Source: Veillonella sp. (lineage in GTDB: Bacteria; Bacillota; Negativicutes; Veillonellales; Veillonellaceae). From it: DNA of 64,000 bases. The notes beneath the pieces are model-generated. The model was not told where the DNA came from. It was given only the letters and a program-made list of their open reading frames with translations, and ran no database searches. The stretch's first letter is position 1; the number at the start of each line of letters is the position of its first letter. Below are positions 40,032-50,650 of this stretch, piece by piece. The position numbers and the translations under genes were made by a program. The DNA lies in contig NZ_JAGZMO010000002.1 of NCBI RefSeq assembly GCF_018364065.1, positions 271,181 to 335,180 on the forward strand. Direction: 5' to 3'.

Positions 40032-40316
40032 ATGGTCGGTACAGAAAAAAACGAATTAGGTTTATTATTCAAAGGTCCTAATTATATAGTTGTAAAAAAA
40101 GGCGGCAAAGCCGGTGAAAAAGTAGAAAACCACAATCACCCGGAAGCCAATGTAATTTTCACAGTGGTAAAAGGCAAAGTACATGTACAGTTGAACCAAT
40201 CAGAAGATCACATTCTAACCCCCGGCACCGTGCTCGAATTCAATGGTGACAACTACATCCAAGCTGAATTATTAGAAGACAGCGAATTCATTGTAAATTT
40301 AGTTACAAAACCTTAA
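40032..40316 (+). CDS. cupin-domain protein (ORF starts at TTG 40023; ATG 40032 with GAGAGGAG RBS preferred)
   Basis: Short beta-barrel-like sequence with HNHPE/H motifs. Confidence 0.6.
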   Translation: MVGTEKNELGLLFKGPNYIVVKKGGKAGEKVENHNHPEANVIFTVVKGKVHVQLNQSEDHILTPGTVLEFNGDNYIQAELLEDSEFIVNLVTKP

Positions 40317-40514
40317 GTAAAAGACTTAGGTAAAAATCGTTAATCATAAAACACATGCATGTAAATATACAGCTAAAAGATGTAGCCAACTGTGCACGCT
40401 TTAGCAAAATACAATCAAAAAGGCACTGCTTTCATAAAAGCAGTGCCTTTCTTTATAGCCATTTATAAGAAGCTTGTTCAACAAATCTCGGAGAGTTAAA
40501 CGCAAAAGATTATA

Positions 40515-41684
40515 TTAGCGTTTGCCACACCATTTTACAGTTTCATACAGTAAATTCAAGCGTTCCATAATTGGTTTAATTTCCAAGCATTCATCAACGC
40601 TGTGACCATTGCCGCCAACCGGTCCGAAACCATCTATCGTTGGCACATCAAGAGCGGCCACAAAGTTGCCGTCCGATCCGCCACCGGTAGATTCCCAGTC
40701 GGCCTTAATACCTAATTTTTTACAAATTTCATCAACGGCAGCACAGAATGCCATTGTCTTTTCAGTTTTAACCATTGGAGGCCGCGCAATATTACCGGTT
40801 ACTTTAGCCGTTACACCGGATACTGTCATGTGATTAGGTAAATCTGTCATCAATGCATGAATGCGTTCGCCTTCGGAAAGCTGTTTCAAACGTACGTCGA
40901 TTACAATTTTCACGTAATCAGGTACTGTATTTGGCGTGCTCCCCCCTTGAATGGTACCGATATTGATTGTTGTACCAAGCTCAGGTTTTGCCCAGGAATT
41001 AATTTCCTGACCGGTATGAAGGAATTGATTAATCGCATTGGCACCTTTTTCAGGGCTTACACCGGCGTGTGCCGCTTTCCCGAAAAACTCAATCATATAT
41101 TTGCCAATGCCTTTACGTTCGTTTACAAAGTTGCCGTTAATACGTGCCGATTCAAGAACGATGCAGTATCCGGACTGTTTGCCCAATGCTTCAATGTAAG
41201 GACGGGAATAACGGGAGCTGATTTCTTCATCAGGGTTGAAGCAAACACAGATGGACAAGTTATCCAACTCTTTATTTTTCTGCAAGCTCTTACAAACATA
41301 ATAAGCCGCCAGCAAGCCATCTTTCATATCTGCCACGCCCGGCCCATATGCATGTGTTTCATCTATGGAGAACGGCCGTTCCGCCACTGTACCTGTTTTA
41401 AATACTGTGTCCATATGACCCAACAGCAATACATCGTAAATAGGAGCTCCCTGTGTGGCACCGGAAACGTCTTGTTCTTCTGCAGTCACCTTATTGGTAA
41501 TCACCAACAAAGGACCTGCTTCCTCAGATGGATGATGCTCCGTAATATGCCACCCTAATTCTTCAAACTTCTTCTTCATCACAGATGCTACCGCCGCTAC
41601 CCCTTGCGGATCTTTACTGTAGCTGTCAATATTAACCAGTTCTTTCAAGCTCTCTAAAAACTCCTGTGATGTAGTATGAATCAT
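40515..41684 (-). CDS. M20-family metallopeptidase (carboxypeptidase G2/ArgE/DapE-like); ORF to 41699 starts at TTG, ATG 41684 has GAGGAGGGG RBS
   Basis: LLGHMDTVF, GVADMKDGL and dimerisation-domain motifs. Confidence 0.8.
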   Translation of the reverse strand: MIHTTSQEFLESLKELVNIDSYSKDPQGVAAVASVMKKKFEELGWHITEHHPSEEAGPLLVITNKVTAEEQDVSGATQGAPIYDVLLLGHMDTVFKTGTVAERPFSIDETHAYGPGVADMKDGLLAAYYVCKSLQKNKELDNLSICVCFNPDEEISSRYSRPYIEALGKQSGYCIVLESARINGNFVNERKGIGKYMIEFFGKAAHAGVSPEKGANAINQFLHTGQEINSWAKPELGTTINIGTIQGGSTPNTVPDYVKIVIDVRLKQLSEGERIHALMTDLPNHMTVSGVTAKVTGNIARPPMVKTEKTMAFCAAVDEICKKLGIKADWESTGGGSDGNFVAALDVPTIDGFGPVGGNGHSVDECLEIKPIMERLNLLYETVKWCGKR

Positions 41685-41932
41685 AATACCCCTCCTCAAA
41701 GAATCGTATCCTTATACGGTCTCAATAATATATTGAGTAATCACTCTTATATACATTCCACAGAGTGCAATCTTTTTCCTTTATGAAAATACGATTCCTC
41801 TTAATTTATAGAATATATTTTTTTACGTTAAATTAAAGTATCAAAACTTAAAAGTAAAAAAATAGATTTATAGGCAAAAGAGGTTATAGTAATATAAAGT
41901 GAATTAGAGTACGGAGGTTCACAGTAATTTAT

Positions 41933-41960
41933 AAAAAAAAGAGGCGACCTAGGTCGCCTC
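41933..41960 (-). terminator. terminator after skp
   Basis: gaggcgacctaggtcgcctc perfect hairpin with U8 on the minus strand. Confidence 0.85.
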
Positions 41961-42047
41961 TTTATGATTTGCAATGAATAATCGCAATACAGTATGTGTA
42001 AGTCTCATCCAAGATGGTGCTTATCACATATGCTCAATGCTTGCTAA

Positions 42048-42509
42048 TTATTTCGCAGCGCGTACTGCATTTACCAAATCAGGAGTTACGTCTTCGATAG
42101 TAGTGTTAGGTTCTGCACTTACAACTACACGAGGATCAGCAACGATGATCTGAATGTTCTTTTCTGCACGCACTTTTTCAAGATTGTCTTTAATGATCTG
42201 ATCTACAGGAGCGTAGATTTTGTTCATTTCTTCGTCGTATTTTTTCAATACAGGTTCGTATTTCTTAGTGTAAGCATCTTGTTTAGCCGCATCATCTTTT
42301 AATGCATTGATTTCATTAGCGGTTTTCTGAAGTTTAGGACCGTATTCAGCATCAACTTTCTGAGCTTGCATCTGAAGAGCACCGAATCCAGGATAAGCCT
42401 GCATAACCTGACTCATATTAACAACACCAATTGTTGCTGCACCGGCAACTGCGCTCAAACCAATAGTACCTAATACTGCTAATGTTGCAATTTTTTTCTT
42501 AAAATTCAT
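42048..42509 (-). CDS. skp: OmpH/Skp-family periplasmic chaperone
   Basis: Signal peptide plus coiled-coil K/E/A-rich 153-aa protein typical of diderm OmpH. Confidence 0.75.
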   Translation of the reverse strand: MNFKKKIATLAVLGTIGLSAVAGAATIGVVNMSQVMQAYPGFGALQMQAQKVDAEYGPKLQKTANEINALKDDAAKQDAYTKKYEPVLKKYDEEMNKIYAPVDQIIKDNLEKVRAEKNIQIIVADPRVVVSAEPNTTIEDVTPDLVNAVRAAK

Positions 42510-42836
42510 GTCACAAAGACCTCCTTACAATTAAGAGCACAACATATGCTCTATTTTCTTATAGTAACAGAAATTCTGATAAACTACAAGATAGGGCCGA
42601 TTATTTTTAAATGCGGCGTTTTTTCATATTAGTAAAATAATTGATAATCATCATTCAAACGTAACTGATAACTATCATAAGAAGCAAATGTTAAAACTCT
42701 TTCGCTATGCCCACTATCTTATCGATTCATGGTGAGTCTTTCATGAAATGCGGTGAAAAGACCTGTGGTTATGCTTGTTTTGCCTCTTTAAAACGTTTAC
42801 TGCTCAATATGCTTACTATGTTTAAATGGGTTCTAA

Positions 42837-43211
42837 TTATTTAGCATCATTTTCATTGATGTAAATGTATTTGTCTTTTTTAAGTTTGGAAATAATTTCC
42901 GGAACCATACCGATCAAGCGGTCGAAACCACTGTATTTTGCGGAGCCTTTAATATTGAAAAGCTCAACGCGTTCACCTTTAATAACAAGTACAGCTGTTG
43001 GTTCCATTTTAGCGCCGCCACCGGTGCCACCACATTCAGCTTTCGCAGCTCCGCCGCTACCGAAACCGATAGTTACGTCAACGAAAGGAACCAATGTAGC
43101 ATCGCCGATTTGAACAGCTTCGCCTACAACAGTTTCTACTTTAATCATTTCTTTGAATTTCTCAAAAATTGGTTCTAAGTTATCTTTAATAAAGGTGATT
43201 TTATTTTCCAT
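42837..43211 (-). CDS. ytfJ: YtfJ/GerW-family protein (ORF to 43226 starts GTG; ATG 43211 preferred)
   Basis: Gly-rich GFGSGGAAKAECGGTGGGA core; family recalled as B. subtilis YtfJ/GerW. Confidence 0.65.
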   Translation of the reverse strand: MENKITFIKDNLEPIFEKFKEMIKVETVVGEAVQIGDATLVPFVDVTIGFGSGGAAKAECGGTGGGAKMEPTAVLVIKGERVELFNIKGSAKYSGFDRLIGMVPEIISKLKKDKYIYINENDAK

Positions 43212-43268
43212 ACATATCCTCCTCACAGTCTGTGTACTTTACACTGTTTCGTCATGACTGATTATTAT

Positions 43269-44270
43269 TTATGCCAACTGTTCTTTTTGTTTACTTTCTT
43301 CTTTTTGAAGGGCTTTTTTCTTTTTCCTTTCACGCAATACAAACTTAATTACATCTACGATTAAGTCACGCATTGGTTTTGAGAAAACGAATAAAGTGCC
43401 GTACCAAGCCATAACGCCCGGTAATATACGGCCTTTCAAAAATACGCTGCCTTCAAAAGCACGTTCCGTATACTTTAATTGTACATTTGCCATCTGTTCA
43501 GGCCAAATGGAGTATAAAGCAGCAGCGGTAATCCCCATTTTATAAGGATCTCCATTGCCGTATATTCCTTCAATATTGGCTTCACGAGGCTTTGAATGAT
43601 TGTAACTGCGCTTCATCAAAAGCAACAGTTTTTCATACAATGCACCATTCGTAACATGCTTAACCCACCACCATTTATGAGGATCGGAGGTTTTATCCTT
43701 CTTGGAATCCTTATCCGCCTCTTTACCGTCATCGGTAGTCGCATCTGATGTACCTGCTGCTTCAGCAGCTTCTTTTTCCTTCTTGGCCGCTTGCGCCGCC
43801 TTCCACGCTTCCACTCGTTTGGCATCCTCTTCATACATGGTGCCGTCAGCGTTGAAGCGAAGTTTGCCTAACGGTTCATCCGCCACATCGGCAGGTCTAT
43901 TATCAGCTGCCGTTTGTTTGGCCGATTCGGTTTGTTTTACCTCTTCTTCAGATTGTTTGAAATCTGCCGTTTCAGCTTCATCAGCGTCTGTCGTTTCTTC
44001 TTCTACGCGCCGTGCAAGCCAGTCCTCATAGTTACGGACTTTACCCAGCTTGGCTTTGCGTAAAATATAAACTTCCTGGAAAAATGGTGTTCCTTGTTCA
44101 TATTTAAAATGAACTAAAAACATCTTGCCCCACCATTCAATATAGATTTCGGCCTTATAAGGCTTCCGTGCTACAACTTCGAATGAATACCTGATGGGTC
44201 TAAAAAGAACAATTCCGATTAGAATAATAATAACCAGCAGCACTATGGCTAATCCGGTCACAGGCAACAC
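43269..44270 (-). CDS. membrane-anchored hypothetical protein with acidic/Lys-rich insert (possible YtfI/DUF2953-like partner of ytfJ)
   Basis: N-terminal TM helix, central E/K/A low-complexity region, adjacent to ytfJ as in Bacillus ytfI-ytfJ. Confidence 0.4.
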   Translation of the reverse strand: MLPVTGLAIVLLVIIILIGIVLFRPIRYSFEVVARKPYKAEIYIEWWGKMFLVHFKYEQGTPFFQEVYILRKAKLGKVRNYEDWLARRVEEETTDADEAETADFKQSEEEVKQTESAKQTAADNRPADVADEPLGKLRFNADGTMYEEDAKRVEAWKAAQAAKKEKEAAEAAGTSDATTDDGKEADKDSKKDKTSDPHKWWWVKHVTNGALYEKLLLLMKRSYNHSKPREANIEGIYGNGDPYKMGITAAALYSIWPEQMANVQLKYTERAFEGSVFLKGRILPGVMAWYGTLFVFSKPMRDLIVDVIKFVLRERKKKKALQKEESKQKEQLA

Positions 44271-44614
44271 CTACCCTCCATACTCTAACTATTCTATTTC
44301 CTTTGTGCCTTGCAGTTTCTCAACTAAGCATTTCCCTTACATATTCGCCACCTCGGGGAAAATTTCCTCTTTTTCCCGAAATGTTGCAATACTTATTCTA
44401 TTTCACTGCGTATACTATTATTTTATCACATTTATACATTAGAAAATATACAACATTGTACATCATCTATATAAATTCATCATAAATCAATAAAAGTCAT
44501 GACCGAAGGAAGCGTTTCATACATAGACGGCGTATTATGCCGCTATGCTGCTTCAATCAGACATGACTTTTACTAATCAAAAATTATGTATTAGGTTTTT
44601 TGAATCGCCTTATT

Positions 44615-45568
44615 TTATTGAATAGGCAAGAACAACATCGGATCTACCGGACTGCCGTTAATGTTTACTTCGTAATGCAAGTGACTGCCCGTACTCTTAC
44701 CGGTGCTGCCCATCAAGGCAATCGTATCGCCCTGTTTTACCACCGTACCGGCGCTTACTAAAATAACCGACGTATGACCGTAACGAGTTACAAAGCCGTT
44801 GCCGTGGTCGATTTCAACCAGGTTACCATAACCGCCGCTCGTAGGGCCCGCAAAAGTGACCGTACCTGCAGCCGTAGCCACAATCGGAGTTCCATAATCG
44901 TTGGCAATATCCAGGCCTTCATGGTTACCGCTAACCCCATAAACCGGGTCAATACGGCCGCCAAAGGTAGATGTAATTACACCTTTTACCGGCCAAATAG
45001 ACGGCATCGTCGTACTTGCACCGGCAGGATTATTCGTGTTAAATGCAATAGACTGTAAATCTCTGATATTTTGACCGGCTCCATCTTTTAAAACGTTGCG
45101 CAACATGTAAAATGACGCCATGCGCTGTTGAGCCATACGGTCTAAATGGGAGAGCTTCGCAGACAACTCAGTTACCGTAATGGACTGCGGTGCCGCCCCA
45201 GGGTCCTCACTATCTGCTTTAGTTGGCGTTGTTGCTTCGCCGCCGCCCTGTGGAACAGCGCCCGACTCGGAGCCCTTAACCATCTGACGAATTTCCTGAT
45301 CCAATTGATCTAATGTTTGAATTTTCTTATCTAAAATTTCTGTCTTCTGCTGTAATAATTTCAGCTGTTCCGTCTGTAACTGCGTTTTCTGGCGCAACTC
45401 CATCAGTTCAGCTTGGCGAGCAATTCCCCATATGCCCAATATTATGGCACCGATTATTAGAGCAAGAAGTACAGCGACAAATATACGCATCTGTGTTTTA
45501 TTAAAACGAAGCGTATACGAATTATCCCGGCACTCTATGAGATTCTCTAAAAAGCCAGGCACCTTCAT
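44615..45568 (-). CDS. M23/LytM-family peptidase with N-terminal TM and coiled coil (EnvC-like)
   Basis: C-terminal HEGLDIA...GYGNLVEIDHGNG...GSHLHYEV Zn-binding motifs. Confidence 0.85.
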   Translation of the reverse strand: MKVPGFLENLIECRDNSYTLRFNKTQMRIFVAVLLALIIGAIILGIWGIARQAELMELRQKTQLQTEQLKLLQQKTEILDKKIQTLDQLDQEIRQMVKGSESGAVPQGGGEATTPTKADSEDPGAAPQSITVTELSAKLSHLDRMAQQRMASFYMLRNVLKDGAGQNIRDLQSIAFNTNNPAGASTTMPSIWPVKGVITSTFGGRIDPVYGVSGNHEGLDIANDYGTPIVATAAGTVTFAGPTSGGYGNLVEIDHGNGFVTRYGHTSVILVSAGTVVKQGDTIALMGSTGKSTGSHLHYEVNINGSPVDPMLFLPIQ

Positions 45569-45913
45569 TCTGTCTCCCCCTTTTTCTAAATTGCATATCT
45601 GTTTAAATACTTATTTAAAATATAAACAAACTGTTTGATGTAACACTCTAAGGACCCTAAAAAAGGCCGCAAAAAGCCATGCAGGCAAGTTATAAATTTA
45701 TTGCCCACCTTAATAAATTACAATTATAGCTCCCTATTATAAAGATTATCTGAAATTTTGCTGAATTTTACAGAAAATTTTATCGATAGCAGCGCCAACT
45801 TGATTTGGCGCACCATCATATTACTCCTGTACAGCATCAGATTGGTCCTGTGCAGCATCAGTTTGGTCAGGAAAATACTAATTTGGTATTTCCTTTTCCT
45901 ATTAACATGTAAC

Positions 45914-46435
45914 CTATTTAGCTACAGAGCCGGTAACCAAGGCTTCTTCATTAGTCTTAGATCCTAAAGCTTCCTGCAGGCTTTCCATCTCTTCCTGAGA
46001 CAGACTGGCTAAGCTCTTACCTTTTACAATAGGTTTGCTGAAAATTCTGGACTCGCTTCGTCCATACACGCTGGAAATACAAATACCGTTGTTGTTACCA
46101 TCCAGCAAAGTAACAGAAAATGACAAATCATTGCCAATATTTTCAAATGCATTATATTTTACAAAACCAATTTTTTGGAATGTACTCTGTTGTGTGTTTG
46201 TAATCGCCTGTTGCTGTTGGAACAGGGTTTCAATTGATTCGGCCGCTTCGCGCAATTCTTTAACTTCTACAGATAATTTGCGTTCTAAGCTGATGCCGTT
46301 TTCACCGCGCATGAAATAATTGTACTTTTTGTGAAGGGAACTGATTTTGCTTTGTAACAATACGCAGTACAAAAACAAAACAATAATAACTAAACCTTCA
46401 CCTAGTACGATCCAGGTTTGAAAGTTCTCAAACAT
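45914..46435 (-). CDS. DUF4446-family membrane protein (commonly neighbours parB in Firmicutes)
   Basis: N-terminal TM followed by a coiled-coil; 173 aa; DUF number and the parB-neighbour pattern are my recollection. Confidence 0.55.
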   Translation of the reverse strand: MFENFQTWIVLGEGLVIIVLFLYCVLLQSKISSLHKKYNYFMRGENGISLERKLSVEVKELREAAESIETLFQQQQAITNTQQSTFQKIGFVKYNAFENIGNDLSFSVTLLDGNNNGICISSVYGRSESRIFSKPIVKGKSLASLSQEEMESLQEALGSKTNEEALVTGSVAK

Positions 46436-47040
46436 ATATTAGCCTTTCTATAGTAAAGTCCTGCACAAACATTGTCTTACCCAATGATGTGGAGCACTTA
46501 GTATTCTCAATTATTAAATCAGTAATGATGATTATGTATGTCCTGTTTTATAATATTTTACATTACGTGTAATAATATTTCTTTTATACAGTTAATAACA
46601 ATTGTACACCTTATTCTATCCCCTTAAAATTCACCCAAATAATTGAAGTAATAATCGAGGGGATATACATAATCATATATATTTGTTAAATGTTAATTTT
46701 AAATCTTATTTATCAACTTTATGTTCTAAATGAGTTTGAATGTTGATAATATATAGGAAATTTCATCAAATTCGATGAAATTTTTGCACACTTTTGCGTT
46801 TTTATTGTATAATTTGCAAAAAGATAAAACACAATTTATATATTATACCCTATAAATTGCTTTTGAAACAGTGGTAAATTACTGAAAAAATAACTAACCG
46901 CCGTATCTTTTATTATATTACAACCCGGTAATTTATTCTACTGTAATTCGAAAAATATCTGTTAAAACGTCTATGAATTTCATATTTAATATCTATTTTT
47001 GATTAATAAAGCTATTCTGTTTACTTATACCCCCAGAGAA

Positions 47041-47073
47041 AAATAAATCACTCAGAGTCAAAGACTCTGAGTG
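47041..47073 (-). terminator. terminator after hydF (bidirectional hairpin)
   Basis: cactcagagtc-aaa-gactctgagtg, T7 on plus and T-rich on minus. Confidence 0.75.
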
Positions 47074-47102
47074 TATTTTTTTATGTGAATTTTTATTCTG
47101 TT

Positions 47103-48332
47103 TTATACCAACTCATCGTGGAACGGCATAAGAGCTCGTTCTAAAATACCATGTAATGAAGCAATGAGTACACCATAGTTAACTATAGGCACACCCTGCT
47201 CCGAAGATACTTCCAAACGACGCAGCACTTCGCGACGGGTAAGCATGCATGCTCCGCAATGAATAATAAGATCATATGAACTTACATCATCCGGGAATGC
47301 ACCACCGCTAGTCCACTGTAAATCTAAATCAGTATAGCCTGCCTGTTTTAACCAGCGAGGAATTTTTACACTGCCAATGTCATCACATTGACGATGATGA
47401 GTACAACCTTCACTAATTAATACTTTGGAACCCGGTTTCAGGTTTTTAATCACTTTTACACCTTCCGAGAGAATTTTTAAATCTCCTTTAAAGCGGGCCA
47501 TTAAAATCGAAAACGATGTTAATGGAATATCCTGTGGCACTTGTTCTGCCACCTCTTTAAATGCCTGAGAGTCTGTAATGACCAATTTCGGCTTTTTATT
47601 TAATGTTGCCAGCAGTGGTGCCACCTCTTCGGTTTGCACTACCAAGCTCATGCCACGACCATCTAATACTTCGCGAATCATTTGCACCTGTGGCAAAATT
47701 AAGCGTCCTTTTGGTGCTGCCGAGTCAATTGGACATACGAGAACCATTAAGTCATTCGGTTCCACCAATCCGCTAAGTAATGTTTGTTCCGCCTCCCCAT
47801 CTTTTGGCTTCATTTTTCCTAAAGCTTCTAAAATGGCGGATTGCTTTTCATTGGTCAATAAGTTTGCACTAATGTAAGTAAAGGAGAATTGTTTTAATAC
47901 ATCTTCATACTTAGCTACATAGGCTTCTCCACTTACTGCTCCTACTTCATTCAAAATAAGCAGCGTTTGAACATTTAGTGATTTTAACTGATTTAACCAT
48001 GCCACATCTTCTTTACTTGGTTCCGCATCAGTTTTCAGCACATACAGTGCCAAGTTAATTTTAGGGAGCAATGCCTTTGTCTTTTCAATGCGTAATGCTC
48101 CAAGTTCCGACGTATCATCTACACCGGCTGTATCAATTAACATAACCGGACCTAATGGCAATACTTCCATCGCCTTACTTACAGGGTCAGTTGTCGTACC
48201 TGCCACTTCGGACACCAATGCGAGCGGCTGCCCCGTTAACATATTAATTAACGTAGACTTCCCTGCATTACAGCGTCCAAAAAATCCGATATGAATTCTA
48301 TTAGCTGAAGGTGTTTGTGCTATATTTGTCAT
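47103..48332 (-). CDS. hydF: [FeFe]-hydrogenase maturation GTPase HydF
   Basis: N-terminal GTPase (GRCNAGKST, DTAG) plus C-terminal FeS-binding CTHH...HCGAC motif. Confidence 0.8.
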   Translation of the reverse strand: MTNIAQTPSANRIHIGFFGRCNAGKSTLINMLTGQPLALVSEVAGTTTDPVSKAMEVLPLGPVMLIDTAGVDDTSELGALRIEKTKALLPKINLALYVLKTDAEPSKEDVAWLNQLKSLNVQTLLILNEVGAVSGEAYVAKYEDVLKQFSFTYISANLLTNEKQSAILEALGKMKPKDGEAEQTLLSGLVEPNDLMVLVCPIDSAAPKGRLILPQVQMIREVLDGRGMSLVVQTEEVAPLLATLNKKPKLVITDSQAFKEVAEQVPQDIPLTSFSILMARFKGDLKILSEGVKVIKNLKPGSKVLISEGCTHHRQCDDIGSVKIPRWLKQAGYTDLDLQWTSGGAFPDDVSSYDLIIHCGACMLTRREVLRRLEVSSEQGVPIVNYGVLIASLHGILERALMPFHDELV

Positions 48333-48404
48333 TTATTACCTGCCTTACTACTTGCCACCTATAGCAAATTACACACTTATATCTTTTATACTTTCTTATA
48401 TCTT

Positions 48405-49751
48405 TTATACTTTAAAAGGTCTATGTTCTAATTCTTCAATAAAGTCATCATGACCCTCGGCTTGTCTGCCTGCTTCGCCTGCAACACTTCCTGTTGAAGC
48501 CGCATGACCTGCTACCGATACTTCATTCATTGGAGCAGATTCATCTGTTAATTCAGTCGATTGCTGTGCTTCCATGTATTGAATCAAGTAGTTTAACTCA
48601 TCTTCGTTTTTAAACGGTAACTCAATACGTCCTTGTACCTGTTTACCCGGTTTTAACTTAATTGCCGCTTTCACGCCAATACTTAACTTCAAACGATCCA
48701 CCATGGCTCTAAGTTCTGCAGTTTCGTGAATCGAACCGGCAGGCTTTTTATTTTCAAGGCCCTTGCCTTCTTTTACTCGTTTTACTAACGCTTCAATTTG
48801 ACGGGCATTTAATTCTTTTTCCTTAATAAGTGTCCACACTTCGCGCTGAGCACTTTCATCGGACAATGCCAATAACGGTCTTGCCTGACCTACAGTAATT
48901 TCTCCGGCGGAAAGATCATTGCGTACAAATTCCGGTAAATTAAGTAAACGTACAATGTTAGCGATATAAGAACGGCTGCGGCCTAAACGTCCGGCAATCG
49001 TATCCTGTGTTTGCTTGAACGTATCCATAAGTCGCTGATAAGCAAAAGCTTCTTCAATAGGGTCTAAATTTTGACGTTGTAAATTTTCCACCAACGCAAT
49101 TTCAGTCACTTCTTCACTGCTGTAATCTTTGATTAATGCAGGAATCAATTCCAGGCCGACTTTTTGAGATGCTCGTAAACGACGTTCACCGGCAACCAGC
49201 TGATAGGTATCACCCTGTTTGCAAACAATAATAGGCTGGAGCACGCCAATACGACGAATTGACTCTACCAAGCTATCCATATCATCTTCTGCAAAATTCT
49301 TACGAGGCTGATTTGGATTTGGTATAACTTTAGACACCTCAATTAGAACAGATCCTTCCAAACGAGGCTCTCCATATAAAGCTGTCATCTCTGTCTGTGT
49401 GCTTTTTGCTTCTTGATTTTCAGCACTATTATTAAACTCTTTATCTGAACCTTGTGCATCTGCAGTTTCTTCAGCATCTTCTACACGATTTTCTATTGCT
49501 TCATCATCAGTCTTCTTTGCGACCTGCTTGCCACTTTTAGTGCGTGCTCCGCTACGAGTTGATTTTGTATCACCTGCTCCGGATTTAGCTGTTCTGTTCG
49601 ATTGCGTCTTTTTAGAGCCGGTGTTTTCTTTGCTAAGCTCCTCTTCTTCAGACATAGCATTCGGTTCTAACTCTTCCGCTACACCTTCTGATTTTCGAAT
49701 CAAGGCCTTAAGACCAATACCCAAACCTGATTTTCTTCTATTTTGCGGCAC
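48405..49751 (-). CDS. parB: chromosome partitioning protein ParB/Spo0J with ~110-aa low-complexity insertion and C-terminal extension
   Basis: N-terminal GLGIGLKALI, ParB box VIPNPNQPRKNF, HTH QEEIA-like region; 448 aa versus typical ~290. Confidence 0.9.
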   Translation of the reverse strand: MPQNRRKSGLGIGLKALIRKSEGVAEELEPNAMSEEEELSKENTGSKKTQSNRTAKSGAGDTKSTRSGARTKSGKQVAKKTDDEAIENRVEDAEETADAQGSDKEFNNSAENQEAKSTQTEMTALYGEPRLEGSVLIEVSKVIPNPNQPRKNFAEDDMDSLVESIRRIGVLQPIIVCKQGDTYQLVAGERRLRASQKVGLELIPALIKDYSSEEVTEIALVENLQRQNLDPIEEAFAYQRLMDTFKQTQDTIAGRLGRSRSYIANIVRLLNLPEFVRNDLSAGEITVGQARPLLALSDESAQREVWTLIKEKELNARQIEALVKRVKEGKGLENKKPAGSIHETAELRAMVDRLKLSIGVKAAIKLKPGKQVQGRIELPFKNEDELNYLIQYMEAQQSTELTDESAPMNEVSVAGHAASTGSVAGEAGRQAEGHDDFIEELEHRPFKV

Positions 49752-50505
49752 TCTTAATGACCTCCTTAGCTAACTTCATATATACGTCCGCCCCTTTAGA
49801 TTTTGGATCGTAAATAATAATTGGCTCACCAAAACTTGGAGCTTCACTTAATCTTACATTGCGAGGGATCATCGTTTTATATACTTTAGTCGTAAAGTAC
49901 TTCTTCACCTCATCGGCCACTTGAATAGAAAGATTTGTACGACCATCAAACATCGTTAATAGTACACCTTCTATTTCCAAGTTTTTATTTAACGCGCCTT
50001 TAATTAAATCAATCGTTTTAATTAATTGGCTAACCCCTTCTAGCGCATAGAATTCACTTTGAATCGGAATCAATACACTATCTGCTGCTATCATGGCATT
50101 TAGTGTTAATAGGCCTAAAGATGGAGGACAGTCGATAAAAATAAAATCATACTCTTTCCTAACTTCCTTTAACGCCTTTCTAAGTATAAATTCCCTTTTT
50201 TCTAAATTTACCAGCTCAACTTCTGCACCTGCCAAATCAATAGCTGCCGGTGCCACTTTTAACTTCTTTATAGCTGTGGAAGTAGTTATGTCACTAATAG
50301 CCATATTATTAATTAGCACATCATAAATACTTGCCTCTAAACTATCCTTATCAATGCCGAAACCACTGGTTGCGTTACCTTGTGGATCCATATCAATCAG
50401 CAACACTTTTTTGCCGGTTGATGCAATACAAGCACTAAGATTTACCGATGTTGTTGTTTTCCCTACTCCGCCCTTTTGATTGGTAATGGCTATTACTTTT
50501 CCCAC
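49738..50505 (-). CDS. parA: chromosome partitioning ATPase ParA/Soj
   Basis: Deviant Walker A KGGVGKTT; 255 aa; 14-nt overlap with parB. Confidence 0.95.
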   Translation of the reverse strand: MGKVIAITNQKGGVGKTTTSVNLSACIASTGKKVLLIDMDPQGNATSGFGIDKDSLEASIYDVLINNMAISDITTSTAIKKLKVAPAAIDLAGAEVELVNLEKREFILRKALKEVRKEYDFIFIDCPPSLGLLTLNAMIAADSVLIPIQSEFYALEGVSQLIKTIDLIKGALNKNLEIEGVLLTMFDGRTNLSIQVADEVKKYFTTKVYKTMIPRNVRLSEAPSFGEPIIIYDPKSKGADVYMKLAKEVIKSAAK

Positions 50506-50650
50506 AAGCTCACCTCATTCTGAACAATAAATACATAAAATATTATATCATACTCACACCGTAAAAAACGGGAATTTCCATCAAACTCATAATAATAAAG
50601 TAAATTTTCATTCAATAAATCCCTTATTATCCATTTGAGTAAAAAAGAAA

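Noticed and set aside
40857-41558. 233-aa plus-strand ORF antisense to the M20 peptidase gene
   Set aside because: Antisense to a well-supported gene, no motifs; same reasoning for the other embedded antisense ORFs listed in the track (e.g. 13101..13712, 16832..17780, 33732..34193, 43702..44031)
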